Shown: positions 48,726 through 57,755 of the stretch, one piece after another | How the letters are laid out: each line of letters starts with the position of its first letter | How positions within the stretch are numbered: the first letter of the stretch is position 1 | IMG/VR virus record: IMGVR_UViG_3300009158_000031 | Coordinates: 190,394 to 254,393 of that record | Length of the DNA: 64,000 nucleotides | Reading direction: 5' to 3' (one strand) | Program-made: the position numbers and the translations under genes | Notes under the pieces: generated by a model | The model's database searches: none | What the model saw: only the letters and a program-made list of their open reading frames with translations | Told to the model about the DNA's origin: nothing

Positions 48726-49828
48726 TGGAATTAACAAAAGAAATACTAATCCAATACGAAGAAGAAGGATGGATTCGTTCACAATCGCATCCTACTCTCC
48801 CATTGAGAATTCTTAACTATACTCAGAAAACTCAGTATGAATCTCATTGGGATGAAGTAACTCTCAGTTGTCGAGGACTTATCATCGATTCAGAATATAA
48901 GGTAATCGTTCAGCCATTCGGTAAATTCTTCAATTATGAAGAGGTCGAAAACAAAGGAGAAATTCCTTTGTCTGGTGATTATGTCTATGTCCAAGATAAA
49001 ATGGATGGTTCTCTTGGTATTTTATTTTGGTATGAATCCGAATGGATAATGGCTACTCGAGGATCTTTCACTTCAGATCAAGCAATCCGAGGATTAGAAA
49101 TTGCAAATCGTCTATTTAATTTAGAGGCTTGGGAAAAATCCATTGCTTATGCATGTGAAATCATTTATCCGGAAAATCGAATTGTAGTTGATTATGGAAT
49201 TGATGAGAAACTCATTTTTCTTAGTGCCTTTTATAACCGTGCATTTTATAATAACAATACAAAAGATTCAGAATTACATTGGACTACTGCAAAAGCATTC
49301 TTCAATGTAAATGGAATTCCTTACAAGTACATCGTTCACACCGAACAGCATTTCGTATTTGGAACTTCTCTTTATAAAGCACTAAAGGAAATGAATCAAC
49401 GAAATTCTGAAGGTTTCATTCTTCGATTCCATCCTTCTAATTATCGAATGAAAATCAAATTTGAAGATTATGTTAGACTTCATCGAATAATCACCAGCAT
49501 CTCATCATATGACGTTTGGGAAAACCTAATGAATACTGGTGAAATGTCTGAAAAGGTTTTAGTCGAAGTTCCTGATGAATTTTATTCATGGGTTCGTAAA
49601 ACAGAAGAGGATATTCGTTTAGCATATTCCAAATTAGAAACCGAGTATCTAGATCATTTTGATTCCATCAAACGTTTAGGAACTCGAAAGCTATTTGCTC
49701 AATCCGCCAGAAACTTTAGTTATCCTGGAATTTTGTTCAATATGCTAGATGGTCAAGATTATTCAAAAGGAATTTGGTTAATAATCAAACCTAAATATGA
49801 GAAGCCTTTTAGTAATAATGAATCTTGA
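48725..49828 (+). CDS. T4 Rnl1-type RNA ligase
   Basis: CRGLI, KFFN, KMDGSLG, ATRGSF, EII, EGFI, KIK. Confidence 0.9.
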   Translation: MELTKEILIQYEEEGWIRSQSHPTLPLRILNYTQKTQYESHWDEVTLSCRGLIIDSEYKVIVQPFGKFFNYEEVENKGEIPLSGDYVYVQDKMDGSLGILFWYESEWIMATRGSFTSDQAIRGLEIANRLFNLEAWEKSIAYACEIIYPENRIVVDYGIDEKLIFLSAFYNRAFYNNNTKDSELHWTTAKAFFNVNGIPYKYIVHTEQHFVFGTSLYKALKEMNQRNSEGFILRFHPSNYRMKIKFEDYVRLHRIITSISSYDVWENLMNTGEMSEKVLVEVPDEFYSWVRKTEEDIRLAYSKLETEYLDHFDSIKRLGTRKLFAQSARNFSYPGILFNMLDGQDYSKGIWLIIKPKYEKPFSNNES

Positions 49829-49867
49829 TAAATGAACATCATATAATATTAAACTAATTAACACAAA

Positions 49868-50083
49868 ATGGAAAAACGATACGATAGAGTAATAATCGAA
49901 TTTCAGAAAGATGATAAATGCGTAATATCTGCTGCATTATCTGATGCCGATTTAGATTTGCTGCAAAATATGCATGGTCAAGAAAAACATGTTGTTGTTG
50001 CAATGATATTTCAAGAGATGGAAGAATCTTTAAAAGAAATGGATCAAAAAAATAGTGTCTCGGTACGCTCTGACGAAAGTTAA
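49868..50083 (+). CDS. hypothetical protein
   Basis: After CATATAAT; 3' end overlaps structured RNA candidate. Confidence 0.55.
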   Translation: MEKRYDRVIIEFQKDDKCVISAALSDADLDLLQNMHGQEKHVVVAMIFQEMEESLKEMDQKNSVSVRSDES

Positions 50084-50122
50084 CGATGAGGTCTCAGTAG
50101 GCAGAAGGCCTCTGATCCTACT
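50055..50122 (+). ncRNA. candidate pseudoknotted RNA upstream of tRNA-Leu
   Basis: TGAC-GAAA-GTTA hairpin; GAGGTCT/AGGCCTC crossed by AGTAGG/CCTACT. Confidence 0.4.
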
Positions 50123-50128
50123 CAACAT

Positions 50129-50208
50129 GCCCTTATGGTGGAATTGGTAGACATGCCAGACTTAGGATCTGGTGCTTAGGCGTGTAGGTTCGAGTCCTAC
50201 TAAGGGTA
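50129..50208 (+). tRNA. tRNA-Leu(TAG)
   Basis: GCCCTTA/TAAGGGT acceptor, CCAGA-CTTAGGA-TCTGG, variable arm, GTTCGAGTC; CCA not encoded. Confidence 0.95.
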
Positions 50209-50225
50209 CTTAAAATAACTATATT

Positions 50226-50540
50226 ATGAAAAACCAATTAATGATTGCCGGACTTATACTAACTCTAGGGAGTTGTTCAGTCGATAAAGAAATTATCAGC
50301 AAAGCTGAATTTGTAAAATGGTCAACAAAAAATGATACCATCTTTTATAACATTAATCCAGTTGCTTATTATGACCATTCAGAATATGAGTTAAATCCAG
50401 GTCACGGTAAGTATGCTAAACCAATTCAGGAATTATCCATAACGCAATTGCGTTTTGATGTTAAGACCGATGAACTAATTAAATATATACATACAATACA
50501 TCTTAGACAAAAGGTAGAAATTGTAGTACCTCGTCATTAA
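50226..50540 (+). CDS. lipoprotein
   Basis: Signal peptide ending LGS|C. Confidence 0.65.
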   Translation: MKNQLMIAGLILTLGSCSVDKEIISKAEFVKWSTKNDTIFYNINPVAYYDHSEYELNPGHGKYAKPIQELSITQLRFDVKTDELIKYIHTIHLRQKVEIVVPRH

Positions 50541-50548
50541 AAATATAT

Positions 50549-50620
50549 TGCGGGATAGAGCAGTGGTAGCTCGGCGGGCTCATAACCCGTAGGTCGCAGG
50601 TTCGAATCCTGCTCCCGCTA
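50549..50620 (+). tRNA. initiator tRNA-fMet(CAT)
   Basis: 1:72 mismatch, GGG/CCC in anticodon stem, CTCATAA loop, GTTCGAATC. Confidence 0.93.
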
Positions 50621-50622
50621 CT

Positions 50623-50697
50623 AAAGATGTAGCTCAGTGACATTAATGAGAGCAATCCGTGAGGACGTGACGGTAGGTTGGATTCCTCCCATCTTTT
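50623..50697 (+). ncRNA. tRNA-like RNA lacking an anticodon loop
   Basis: AAAGATG/CATCTTT acceptor, GCTC/GAGC D-stem, TCC-GTGA-GGA in place of anticodon arm, T-like loop TTGGATT. Confidence 0.65.
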
Positions 50698-50800
50698 ATT
50701 TTGGCTACCTTAATATGTCCCTGGCCAGGAATCGTAAACCCGAGATGCCTATCGCCCGAAGCACACTAGCTCGTTTGGATCGTAAGCCAACAAAGTTTTT

Positions 50801-50848
50801 GCCGAGTTTCCTTAAGGGTAGTATCATCTAAATAAACTCGGCTTTTTT
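50801..50848 (+). terminator. terminator-like stem with large loop
   Basis: GCCGAGTTT/AAACTCGGC followed by T6. Confidence 0.7.
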
Positions 50849-50853
50849 GAATT

Positions 50854-51618
50854 ATGAATATACTAATTAACTATGCTGCATTAGGAAGTAACTATGCAAG
50901 AAACCAACCTAATGGAGGATATTTCGAATCTCAAAGAAGGAACACTCAAACTGGATTAGATGTTGGTGGATTTGATCGATGTATTAATTATGGATCTCAT
51001 TCTTTACCCGAAGATTTTTTTAACAAACACAAAGAACATTTTCAATATACTAGAGGAGCAGGATATTGGATTTGGAAACCTTATATAATTTTAGATGCAT
51101 TATCTAAAATGGGACCTAATGATTTCTTAATGTATTCTGATTCAGGGTGTTATTTCATAGATAAAATAGATCCAGTAATAGATCTAGTAAATTCTACAAA
51201 ATATGGTGTTGCTGTTTGTGAAATGCCTCATATAGAAAAATTTTGGACTAAACGAGATAGTTTTATCCAAATGAATTGTGATGAACCAGAATTTACCGAC
51301 ACTACTCAAAGATCCTCTTCGTTTTTCTTTTGTAGAAAGACAGAATTTGCTCATCATATTGCTAGTGAATGGTATCGTTGGATGTCTCATATTAATTTAG
51401 TAGCTGATGAATTCGTTGCACCATCAAAGAAACCATGTTATCCTGAATTTATCGAACATCGACACGATCAATCTATTCTTAGTTTAGTTTGTAAATTAAA
51501 TGGAGTTGAGGCAATACCTGATCTTGCTTCATTTGATGAAGGCGGTCATCCAGTGATAGATAATACATATAATAGAAAATTTCCTCAAGTAATTTTCCAT
51601 AACCGAACACAACATTAA
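50854..51618 (+). CDS. putative glycosyltransferase (GT-A-like)
   Basis: RGAGYWIWKP, YSDSG, EHRHDQS. Confidence 0.65.
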   Translation: MNILINYAALGSNYARNQPNGGYFESQRRNTQTGLDVGGFDRCINYGSHSLPEDFFNKHKEHFQYTRGAGYWIWKPYIILDALSKMGPNDFLMYSDSGCYFIDKIDPVIDLVNSTKYGVAVCEMPHIEKFWTKRDSFIQMNCDEPEFTDTTQRSSSFFFCRKTEFAHHIASEWYRWMSHINLVADEFVAPSKKPCYPEFIEHRHDQSILSLVCKLNGVEAIPDLASFDEGGHPVIDNTYNRKFPQVIFHNRTQH

Positions 51619-51620
51619 AT

Positions 51621-52301
51621 ATGAAAGCCACTAAAATTTTTACCGATACTATAAATGGTATTGATTTGTCTATAATTGATGAGGAAAATTCAGAAACTCC
51701 TATTTGTGTATTCCGAGAGCTAAAGGAAGATTTATTCTATGGAATATCTAATTTAGATATTAAACCTGAAGATACTATAATTGATGTAGGTGCAAATACC
51801 GGAATCTTTTCAATATATGCAAAAAAACTATATGGCTGCAAAATAATTGCATTCGAACCAGTTCCTGCAAATTTCGAGAATTTCAAAAAGAATATTGTTT
51901 TGAACGGATTTTCCCTAGAAGATTTTGAAATACATCAGGTAGCAATAACCGGTAAAGATGGAGATATTATAAACATAGGAACTCCAACAAATAATAGCGG
52001 AGCATCTTCCACGTTTATTCAATCTGATTCAAGTCATTTTTCTATAGGTTATACATCTGAATGTGTTACCGAAACTTTAGGTAAATATATCAATTCTACC
52101 TGTGTTTATTTAAAAATGGATTGTGAAGGAGGAGAATATGATATTATTCCGACAATCCTAGACAAGCTGAATTTCTTTAAATGGATTGGTGCCGAAATTC
52201 ATATATACAATCCTAATCAAGATCCAGGAGGATTAATAAACTTGATTAATACAAATTTCAATGGTAAATTATTCTACGGAGTAATTATACCTGGACAATA
52301 A
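51621..52301 (+). CDS. FkbM-family methyltransferase
   Basis: IDVGANTGIFS, FEP, KMDCEGGE. Confidence 0.9.
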   Translation: MKATKIFTDTINGIDLSIIDEENSETPICVFRELKEDLFYGISNLDIKPEDTIIDVGANTGIFSIYAKKLYGCKIIAFEPVPANFENFKKNIVLNGFSLEDFEIHQVAITGKDGDIINIGTPTNNSGASSTFIQSDSSHFSIGYTSECVTETLGKYINSTCVYLKMDCEGGEYDIIPTILDKLNFFKWIGAEIHIYNPNQDPGGLINLINTNFNGKLFYGVIIPGQ

Positions 52302-52317
52302 TTTAATAAACCTCAAT

Positions 52318-53895
52318 ATGCCAGAAATTACTGCTCAAAAGACATTAGTTATATATGGATCTCATGATGCATCCGTTACCTTCATAGATAAAAATAATGA
52401 ACTTCGAGTTTTTGAATATGAAAGATTTGTTAAACGAAGATATTCTATGCTTTCTTCATCTTTCGATTCTCGAGAATATCTAGGATCTAATGAAGATGAG
52501 CGTAAACAATTCTTTACCTTAATAAAAGAGAATTTAGCAGATCCAGAAATAACAAATATCTTCTATTTAGAACTAGATGGAAAAGATCTAGATTTCATTC
52601 GAGGATTTTTTCCTTTAGCACAATTCTCTACATTCCCTCATCATTTAGCACACGCAAATGGAGCTTATCATCTATCCAAATTTGATAATGCTCTAATTTT
52701 TTCAGTTGATGGAGGTGGAATAGATTACGAAGCAGTAAGTACAATTAATGTTTATCTAGCAAATCACGGAGAGATATCCGGCATACATAAAACATCTATT
52801 GATTATGGAAGAGCCTATCAATCGATTGGTGATGTGTTATCTGATATAAGGAAAGATTCTACTCATATGACATATGCTGGTAAAATCATGGGTCTGTGTG
52901 CATATGGAAAAATTAGAGAAGAATGGTTACATCATTCAATAGAGTATTTTACGAGCGGTGCCGGTGCTGGATTAGAATCATATATCAGTAATCTTGGTCT
53001 TCCTCAAGGAGATCTATCCGGAAATGATGCATGGGATTTAGCCGCAACGCATCAGAAAGCTTTTGAAATGGTAATGATGGACTTGATAAAGACCTATTAT
53101 AATGTTTATCCAATGGATATTGTTTTAACTGGTGGATGTGCTTTAAATGTTTTATTCAATCAAAAAATATCAATGGATATCGCTGCAAGAAATCACTCAG
53201 TTTTCGTTCCGCCAAATCCCAATGACTGTGGTTTAACTCATGGATGGTTCCTTCATTTATTTCCTGAATATAAAAATCAAGAATCCGTGTATTCCGGCAT
53301 GCATATCTTAGATGAGCTAGAATTAGGAAAATATCTAAACGAATATACTCATGAAGAAGCAACCATTGAAAGGCTAACGGATCTTCTTCTCGAAGGTAAG
53401 ATTTTAGGATTCATTACAAACAATTCAGAAATTGGTCCTAGAGCTTTAGGCAATCGAAGTATTGTTTGTTATCCAGCATTCGAAGGAATGAAGGATACTC
53501 TAAACGCAAAGGTTAAATTTAGAGAATGGTATCGACCTTTTGCACCAGTATGTAAAATGGAAGATATGCATACATTTTTTGATGATGCTATCGAATCTCC
53601 ATACATGAGTTATGCGCCAATAGTTAAAACTGAATACATCAAAGATCTTTCTGCAATCGTTCATGTTGATAATACTGCTAGATTGCAAACCGTAACTTCA
53701 GAAAGTCATGAAAGATTTTACGATATCTTAACTGAAATAAATTCAAGATCAAAAATACCGGTAATCCTAAATACATCTTTTAACATTAGAGGAAATCCAA
53801 TCTTAACCACATATGAGGATGCATTCTATGTATTAGATACCACTCAATTAGATTGTGTCGTTACTGAGAATTACATATTCTATAAAAAATCATAG
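52318..53895 (+). CDS. carbamoyltransferase (NodU/CmcH family)
   Basis: HDAS, HHLAH, DGGG, GKIMGL, GGCALN, GPRALGNRS, RPFAP, NTSFN. Confidence 0.93.
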   Translation: MPEITAQKTLVIYGSHDASVTFIDKNNELRVFEYERFVKRRYSMLSSSFDSREYLGSNEDERKQFFTLIKENLADPEITNIFYLELDGKDLDFIRGFFPLAQFSTFPHHLAHANGAYHLSKFDNALIFSVDGGGIDYEAVSTINVYLANHGEISGIHKTSIDYGRAYQSIGDVLSDIRKDSTHMTYAGKIMGLCAYGKIREEWLHHSIEYFTSGAGAGLESYISNLGLPQGDLSGNDAWDLAATHQKAFEMVMMDLIKTYYNVYPMDIVLTGGCALNVLFNQKISMDIAARNHSVFVPPNPNDCGLTHGWFLHLFPEYKNQESVYSGMHILDELELGKYLNEYTHEEATIERLTDLLLEGKILGFITNNSEIGPRALGNRSIVCYPAFEGMKDTLNAKVKFREWYRPFAPVCKMEDMHTFFDDAIESPYMSYAPIVKTEYIKDLSAIVHVDNTARLQTVTSESHERFYDILTEINSRSKIPVILNTSFNIRGNPILTTYEDAFYVLDTTQLDCVVTENYIFYKKS

Positions 53896-53897
53896 CA

Positions 53898-54791
53898 ATG
53901 GATTTTGACTTAATACACATAACTGAAACAACTGGTGAAAATCCAATTAATCCAATAGATGGAATATATCTGTCATTGAGAAGTGACTTGAAAGATGCTG
54001 ATATAACAACCATAATACCATCAAAGGGTAGACATGGACAATTAAGAGCAACGATCGATTCGTTAAGAGATTCGGTTGCAATTACTTCTGATTATAAGGT
54101 GTCTATTATTGTAGTTGAGATATCTGTTAATATGGAACATCTTAATATTTGTAGAGAAAAATCATGTTCATATATTTGGATAAAGGAAAATTCTCCAAGA
54201 TTCAATAAATGCTTAGCTCATAATATAGGCTATTGTTTTTCGGATTCAACGATTTTACATTTTCATGATTCAGATATATTAGTTAATGATTCATTTTACT
54301 CGAATATCAAAAATCGTAAAATTGATTCTATTAGTGCAGTTCATTGTTTACGAGAAAGATGCGTTAGATCTATGAGCGAAGGAGATGCTAATAGAATTAT
54401 GGTTGATGGAGCACATATCAAAGATGTTATTAGCGAAACAAATCCTCCTATGCCAGAAGAATTTCAAAGAAAAGCTCCTGGAGGATCAATAATCGTAGGA
54501 AGATCTTTGTTTGAATTAATCGGTGGTTTTGATTCGCATTTATTCGATGGATATTCCGTAGAAGATCAATTCTTCTGGGATAAACTTTCATCAATCGTAG
54601 AAATCCCTTCAATGAATGAAAATGATCTAGTACATATTTGGCATGAGGCAGAAAGATCTCATAATAATCAAGATCACATGATTCCGATACAGGCTTTTAA
54701 AAATCTAGAAGCTAGGGGAAAATACTTTGCCGCGGCCAAGAAACTTCTCTTTAAATTAAAATCTAAGGTGAATGAACTTCAAGGACTTTAA
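53898..54791 (+). CDS. glycosyltransferase (GT2/GT7-like)
   Basis: FNKCLAHNIG, HDSD, GGFD..F.GY..ED, HIWH. Confidence 0.8.
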   Translation: MDFDLIHITETTGENPINPIDGIYLSLRSDLKDADITTIIPSKGRHGQLRATIDSLRDSVAITSDYKVSIIVVEISVNMEHLNICREKSCSYIWIKENSPRFNKCLAHNIGYCFSDSTILHFHDSDILVNDSFYSNIKNRKIDSISAVHCLRERCVRSMSEGDANRIMVDGAHIKDVISETNPPMPEEFQRKAPGGSIIVGRSLFELIGGFDSHLFDGYSVEDQFFWDKLSSIVEIPSMNENDLVHIWHEAERSHNNQDHMIPIQAFKNLEARGKYFAAAKKLLFKLKSKVNELQGL

Positions 54792-55374
54792 TATTTATTG
54801 CATATCACTTAAGCGTAGAGAAGATCGTAGATCTTCCATCAAAAATCATCTAAATTCTCTAGGAATCGAATTCGAATTTGTGGATGCCATCGATTCACGA
54901 GATATTGAAGGAGAATTCACAATACCTAAAGGAGCTATCGGTTGTAATTTATCTCATCTAAAAATCTACAAACAGATTATAGGATCCGATAAGCCTGTAC
55001 TTATTTTAGAAGACGATGTTGAATTTTCTTCGGATGTTATCGATAAAATAAGAGACATTCAAATCCCTGAAGATTGGGCTCTTCTCTATTTTGGAGGAAA
55101 TCACAATGAACAAGAATTAGATATGATTGATTCTAATCTACATCGTCTAAAGAAAACCTTTACCACTCATTGCTTTGCAATCAATCCTAAAATCATAGCA
55201 GAAATAATAGAGAAGTTTTCTCTCTGTTACGATCGATTTGTTATTGATGAATTTCTAGCATATGAGATACAAACCAAATACCCTTGCTATGGAATTCATC
55301 CTCATTTAGCTTGGCAAACTACTGGCTTCTCAGATATACAGAATGCTAATGTAGATTATGGCTTTCTAAAGTAA
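54772..55374 (+). CDS. glycosyltransferase family 25
   Basis: ISLKRREDRR, GCNLSH, ILEDD. Confidence 0.88.
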   Translation: MNFKDFNIYCISLKRREDRRSSIKNHLNSLGIEFEFVDAIDSRDIEGEFTIPKGAIGCNLSHLKIYKQIIGSDKPVLILEDDVEFSSDVIDKIRDIQIPEDWALLYFGGNHNEQELDMIDSNLHRLKKTFTTHCFAINPKIIAEIIEKFSLCYDRFVIDEFLAYEIQTKYPCYGIHPHLAWQTTGFSDIQNANVDYGFLK

Positions 55375-55407
55375 TATGTCATTCATATAATTACTAAATC
55401 GTAATTA

Positions 55408-56388
55408 ATGAAAAAGGCTCTTATTACCGGGATCAACGGTCAAGATGGATCTTATCTCGCATCTTTTCTTTTAGATAAAGGGTATGAGGTATGGGGTACT
55501 CTTAAACGTAATTCGGTTGCAGAAAATCAAACCGTTCGTATTGAACATATATTCGACAAATTAAATCTAGAGTATTGTGACGTTACGGATTTAGCTTCGA
55601 TTATAAGCGTGGTTTCTAAAGTTCGACCGGATGAAATTTACCATTTGGCAGCGCAATCGCATGTTCGTATCTCATTCGATCAACCTATCTACACAGCAAA
55701 TGCAACTGGTATTGCATCTCTAAATATTTTTGAAGCGGTTAGATTGATCGATCCAAAAATCAAAATTTATCAAGCATCATCTTCAGAGATGTTTGGAAAT
55801 TCAATTGATCCTGATGGATTTCAACGAGAAACAACTCCGCTAAATCCTGTATCACCTTATGGTTGTGCTAAAGTATTTGCATATAACATTGCAAGAAATT
55901 ACCGAAACTCATATGGAATGTTTATCTCTAATGGAATTCTATTTAATCATGAATCTCCTTTTAGAGGAACTAACTTTGTAACCAACAAAGTATGTAAGGA
56001 AGCCGTTAAAATTAAAATGGGATTATCAAACAAATTAAAATTAGGAAATTTAGATGCATCAAGAGATTGGGGCCACGCAAAAGATTATGTTAAAGCAATG
56101 TGGGCGATTCTTCAAAATAACAAAGCAGACGATTTCGTTTTTGCTACCGGAATATCACATACAGTTAGAGATCTTGTGGAATATGTATTTGGAAGCCTTG
56201 ATTTGGACTGGAATCAATACGTTGAAGTCGATGAAAAATTCCTTCGTCCGGAAGAGTTACATCACCTCAAAGGCGATCCAACGAAAATTCAAAGCATAAT
56301 TAAATGGGAGAAAGAGTATACATTTGAAACAATGTTAGATGAAATGATCGAGTACTGGGAAAATTATTATTCTCCAAAAAGCTTATAA
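55408..56388 (+). CDS. gmd: GDP-mannose 4,6-dehydratase
   Basis: ALITGINGQDGSYLA, LAAQSHV, ASSSE, YGCAK, LFNHESP, RDWGHA. Confidence 0.95.
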   Translation: MKKALITGINGQDGSYLASFLLDKGYEVWGTLKRNSVAENQTVRIEHIFDKLNLEYCDVTDLASIISVVSKVRPDEIYHLAAQSHVRISFDQPIYTANATGIASLNIFEAVRLIDPKIKIYQASSSEMFGNSIDPDGFQRETTPLNPVSPYGCAKVFAYNIARNYRNSYGMFISNGILFNHESPFRGTNFVTNKVCKEAVKIKMGLSNKLKLGNLDASRDWGHAKDYVKAMWAILQNNKADDFVFATGISHTVRDLVEYVFGSLDLDWNQYVEVDEKFLRPEELHHLKGDPTKIQSIIKWEKEYTFETMLDEMIEYWENYYSPKSL

Positions 56389-56408
56389 TAAATATAAATC
56401 TAAAAATA

Positions 56409-56633
56409 ATGAGTTTTAATAAACGATACCTAAGCGAAGATTCTATTAGATCTCATGCAAAATCAAATCCAGATTCATTCCATTGGTTTGAAAGATACAT
56501 GGTTTATGCCGATGCATATATCATTGATACCACTAAAGGAGATTTTGCCGAAAAGATATACGAGAAATTCGGTGAAGGAAATGAAGAAGTAAGAAGAGAA
56601 ATACACAGACAATTAGTAAATGACGAAATATGA
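56409..56633 (+). CDS. hypothetical protein
   Basis: MSFNKRY; operon ORF. Confidence 0.6.
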   Translation: MSFNKRYLSEDSIRSHAKSNPDSFHWFERYMVYADAYIIDTTKGDFAEKIYEKFGEGNEEVRREIHRQLVNDEI

Positions 56634-57388
56634 AAATAACAAAACCTATCGTATTCTTCGATATCGAATCAACCGGAATTAATACTACCCGTGATCGTAT
56701 TGTAGAATTACAAATGATTAAAGTTACTGCCAATGGTGAAGAGGAATGGTATTCTAAATTCAATCCTCATCCAGTAGTAATTTCTGATGAAGCTGCATCT
56801 GTTCATGGTATCTCAAATGAAGATGTTATGGATGCTCCTAAATTCGAAGAACGAGCAAAAGATATTTTAGCCTTTATTGAAGGTTGTGATTTAGCTGGAT
56901 ATAACATTCAGAATTTTGACATTCCTATGTTATTCGAAGAATTTTGTAGAGCTAATACTTTATTCGATTGGAAGAAACATCGTCTTCTAGATTCATATGC
57001 ACTTTGGACTTATTTCGAACCTCGAACTTTGACTGGTGCAGTTGAACGTTTTCTCGGTGAGAAATTTGAAAATGCTCACTCTGCAAAATGGGACGTGGAT
57101 GCAACTAAACGAGTATTCTTTAAACAAATGGAAACTTACAAATTTACTGAATCGGATTTCGACGACGTTATTGAAAAATCTAAAAAAGACAATCGAATAG
57201 ATTTGACCGGTAAATTCGTTAAGAAAGATAATAACGTATTCTATGGATTTGGTAAATATAATGGAAAATCCGTAATGGAAATTAATAAAGTAGATCCAGG
57301 ATATCTTGATTGGATTGCCAATAAATCTGAGTTATCTATGGATTGTAAAATGATTGCTAAAAAATTAATCACTCACATAAACAAATAA
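56630..57388 (+). CDS. DnaQ-like (Pol III epsilon) 3'-5' exonuclease
   Basis: FFDIESTG, HGI, GYN..FD, AHSA..D, C-terminal FGKY. Confidence 0.9.
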   Translation: MKITKPIVFFDIESTGINTTRDRIVELQMIKVTANGEEEWYSKFNPHPVVISDEAASVHGISNEDVMDAPKFEERAKDILAFIEGCDLAGYNIQNFDIPMLFEEFCRANTLFDWKKHRLLDSYALWTYFEPRTLTGAVERFLGEKFENAHSAKWDVDATKRVFFKQMETYKFTESDFDDVIEKSKKDNRIDLTGKFVKKDNNVFYGFGKYNGKSVMEINKVDPGYLDWIANKSELSMDCKMIAKKLITHINK

Positions 57389-57389
57389 T

Positions 57390-57755
57390 ATGGAAGATAT
57401 ACAATTATCAAAATCCTTTTCAGATGATGGAAATACTCCTAATGCATCTAAAGCTCTTAGCTCATACTTGAGTATATGGGTTACCAGTGAACCAATTGGA
57501 ATTAAAATTATTCCTTCAGGTTGGACCGATCCTAGAATGTATCATGTTCTAGTTGAATGGGGTGATACAAACGAAACGGATTATCATTTTCTAGATGCGG
57601 ATCAAATCAAAGAACAAATGGGTATTGATATATCCGAAAATGATTTTGTTTCGTATATAGTAACAAATGATGAGCTATTAGAAAACTCAAATGATTATGA
57701 CTTAGGATCGAAAATTAGAAGCACTCTATATAAAAATGATAAAACCGGTAAATAA
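57390..57755 (+). CDS. hypothetical protein
   Basis: Operon ORF. Confidence 0.6.
   Translation: MEDIQLSKSFSDDGNTPNASKALSSYLSIWVTSEPIGIKIIPSGWTDPRMYHVLVEWGDTNETDYHFLDADQIKEQMGIDISENDFVSYIVTNDELLENSNDYDLGSKIRSTLYKNDKTGK

Noticed and set aside
50045-50082. -1 frameshift at A AAA AAT, or hammerhead core at CTGACGA/GAAA
   Set aside because: The -1 frame hits TAG at once; CTGACGA and GAAA overlap, leaving no stem II
50637-50831. 64-aa ORF
   Set aside because: Overlaps the tRNA-like RNA and terminator structures
34358-56388. Bacterial chromosome or prophage origin for the adhesin and glycan genes
   Set aside because: They are interleaved with phage promoter repeats and phage genes at similar composition; no integrase or housekeeping operons seen
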